A stretch of 64,000 nucleotides of DNA from Phaeosaccion multiseriatum. Taxonomy: Eukaryota > Protista > Ochrophyta, other classes. The stretch is taken from assembly GCA_965112735.1 (NCBI GenBank), contig OZ218954.1:186001-250000 (forward strand), in the 5' to 3' direction. Positions 37,331 through 64,000 of the stretch are shown here, piece by piece; the first letter of the stretch is position 1; the number at the start of each line of letters is the position of its first letter. The position numbers and the translations under genes are program-made. The notes under the pieces are model-generated. The model had not been told where the DNA came from. It was given only the letters and a program-made list of their open reading frames with translations, and did not search any database.

Positions 37331-37711
37331 TGTGCCCCCCCCCCCAGCGCGTCTCTGTGTCTAGCTAGTCTTTGGTTTTGGCCTAGGCAATACCCTCCTC
37401 TCTGTGTCTAGCTAGTCTTTGGTTTTGGCCTAGGCAATAACCTCCTCTCTGTGTCTAGCTAGTCTTTGGTTTTGGCCTAGTCAATACCCTCCTCTCTGTG
37501 TCTAGCTAGTCTTTGGTTTTGGCCTAGGCAATAACCTCCTCTCTGCTCCAAACAAATGTGTGTGCGTAGCTACACGTCCGTTTGAAGAGGGTCCACACTG
37601 ACTGCAGTACTTCCTCCCCCCCTCGTGCCGACTCCTCGCAGCTGCCCGTTCACATCCAACTCCAACCAACGAGACAGCAATAATGACGGAGTAGGAGACG
37701 CGTGTAGGTAG
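27693..37711 (+). CDS. Secreted multidomain lectin/adhesin: signal peptide, 3 C-type lectin, 2 F-type-lectin-like, Cys-rich repeats, thrombospondin type 3 repeats; 19 exons
   Basis: Phase-consistent chain: 27693-27783 (gccATGg; MVLSPVKQNGFGRWALSLVLWLLAATPGEC), 28411-28812, 29887-30333, 30951-31388 (CTLs: C..GAALVSVN..E, VWV, F.WADG, W...QPN, C, WSD.PC, FVCE), 32159-32168, 32369-32784, 33081-33087, 33293-33717 (LNLAEV..FCHS..NR..RING), 34057-34178, 34700-34714, 34948-34986, 35218-35274, 35472-35525, 35727-35784 (+1 frameshift), 36240-36305, 36466-36503, 36741-36793, 37086-37122, 37642-37711 (DTDRDGVHDPWDNCPFTSNSNQRDSNNDGVGDAC). Confidence 0.8.
28793..31119 (+). repeat. Recent tandem duplication (~0.8 kb homologous blocks) spanning CTL exon end, intron and next exon start
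   Basis: Block ~28793-30056 (minus the transposon) is near-identical to ~30314-31119; they differ mainly in (TAC)n length and a few indels. Confidence 0.9.
29400..29870. mobile_element. 471-bp non-autonomous foldback element, TGT..ACA termini, 5-bp TSD (Ginger/TDD-like or TRIM-like)
   Basis: GGCTG at 29395-29399 and 29871-29875. The paralogous empty site GGGTGGCTGTCACTGAGCAG is at 30931-30950. The left arm 29400-29497 is a perfect 98-bp palindrome; the right arm 29710-29870 is an expanded version of it. Confidence 0.92.
35130..35940 (+). repeat. Three ~255-bp exon+intron tandem units encoding Cys-rich repeats
   Basis: CCTGCTCCACACAG-exon-GTGAGTTCTC..CCGCTCTCGCT..GATTGTGTATCTTAGCT recurs, with exons starting at 35218, 35472 and 35727. 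Confidence 0.9.
37352..37545. repeat. 47-bp minisatellite, 4 copies, intronic
   Basis: CTAGCTAGTCTTTGGTTTTGGCCTAG recurs at 37361, 37408, 37455 and 37502. Confidence 0.9.
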
Positions 37712-38830
37712 AAACGGCAGGGTTCGGGGACGCCCTTATATTATATACTTCTACTTCGGAGAGGAGAGGAGAGAGAGGGAAGCGCTGGCAAGCGTAGACG
37801 GAAGGAGAGCCGGTGTTGGAAGTACCAAACCAACTGTGAACTACAGGGTTCCGACAGAATGACCCTACACAGGTATACGTATGGGTGAGAGTATCGTACA
37901 GTAGACTCATGTTCTGTGGACGCGCCTTCTGCGACCACACTGTGATGACATGGCCTGCAACTTGCAGTCAATCATGCCACGCTTATCTTCCCCCCTCGGG
38001 GACTAGGAGCACAACTAGTGCTCACAACCAGATAAACAGACAAAAATAGGACATTCAACATCCAATCTCTGCCGCAAGTGATCTTCGACCATGGACTCGA
38101 GGTAAGGTTGCACTATCGAGTGTCGCCCTCCCCTCTTCGGTTCCATCGCTTGCCCTCTATTTGTCATTCGCTTCGTCCACTGGCGTCTTACGAGCCTCAA
38201 GCTCCCCATTGTTGCACGCTGTCAACTGACCGTAGTAGCATCGTATTGCCGACAACAGTGATGGGAGAGGAAGGAAGAGGCCAAGAAACGTTCTCCGGGG
38301 TGGACACGAATGGCTGGAAGAGGGAGGAACAAGAGGGGGGGGAGAGATAGTCTATGGGGGATGGGGGAGGGAAGGGAGCTGCGACGACCGACCGACATCA
38401 GTGGTGGAAGCAAGAAGGCACAACCAAGCTCACCCTTCAACTAAGGGGGGGAAGACGTCAGAGGAGGGGAAGGAACTATAAAGGGATGGTTCCGAGCCAG
38501 CAGCCAGTACGTGGGTGCCACGCTGGTTGCTTCCGGGCAGTAACGGCTCCGCTCAATTGTATGTTTTTCCTATCCTTTCGATGTATGACTCTAAATTATT
38601 ATTTCTCACCTTATTGCAGACTGCCCTAGTCTATTGTCCTCATTACACATTCTTGGAACTGAAACTGAAACTTTACTCCGCTCCGGGGACAGCAAACTGA
38701 AACTTCACTCCACTTTGGTACAAATGCCCATCCTACTCCATCCTACTCTCTGCTGTTGTCTACTGCATAAGGCAGGGCAGGTACTCTTGCTCCTCTTCAC
38801 TAGCTAACTCACCCTCCCTGACTAAGCCCA

Positions 38831-63611
<24,781 letters not shown>

Positions 63612-64000
63612 CTGCGGCAAGGGAACGGAGGGAGGGAGGGAGGGAGGGAGGGAGGGAGGGAGGGAGGGAGGGAGGGAGGGAGGGAGGGAGGGAGGGAGGG
63701 AGGGAGGGAGGGAGGGAGGGAGGGAGGGAGGGAGGGAGGGAGGGAGGGAGGGAGGGAGGGAGGGAGGGAGGGAGGGAGGGAGGGAGGGAGGGAGGGAGGG
63801 AGGGAGGGAGGGAGGGAGGGAGGGAGGGAGGGAGGGAGGGAGGGAGGGAGGGAGGGAGGGAGGGAGGGAGGGAGGCAGGGAGGGAAGAAGGGAACGTGGG
63901 GGGGGAGTGGAGTAAATAACCAACTTTGTCTCACACTGGCAGAGAAGGAAAGCCCCCCTTCACTGCACCCATATGCCTCTGTCCGTCACTCAGTACAGTC

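Overview
Eukaryotic, intron-rich, microsatellite-laden DNA. A stramenopile alga is inferred from gene content and (GGGA)n introns, but this is not proven. Five genes were reconstructed by hand from GT-AG junctions. (1) A 14-exon protein with three RGS domains (+, 393-9723). (2) SF3B3/SAP130, 26 exons (-, 10567-21393). (3) A small BAG-domain protein (-, 23340-24743). (4) A 19-exon secreted multi-lectin: signal peptide, 3 C-type lectin, 2 permuted F-type lectin, Cys-rich repeats, TSP3 (+, 27693-37711). It has 7-, 10- and 15-nt micro-exons, mosaic duplicated exons and a palindromic TG..CA transposon next to an acceptor. (5) The 3' part of a giant IQ/WW/Tudor/B-box protein (-, 38831 to beyond the window end). 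The most striking signal is a set of short motifs (GGATGGCAGT, GTGTCAGGAC, GTTGGTGATAC, CAGTTT, plus GGGA/GT/GA repeats) that bracket exons as inverted pairs. On the + strand the C-rich form lies left of an exon and the G-rich form right of it, whichever strand the gene is on. These motifs also invade coding sequence, and they are absent from the lectin island. Most long ORFs in the six-frame track are repeat artefacts. All counts are by eye.
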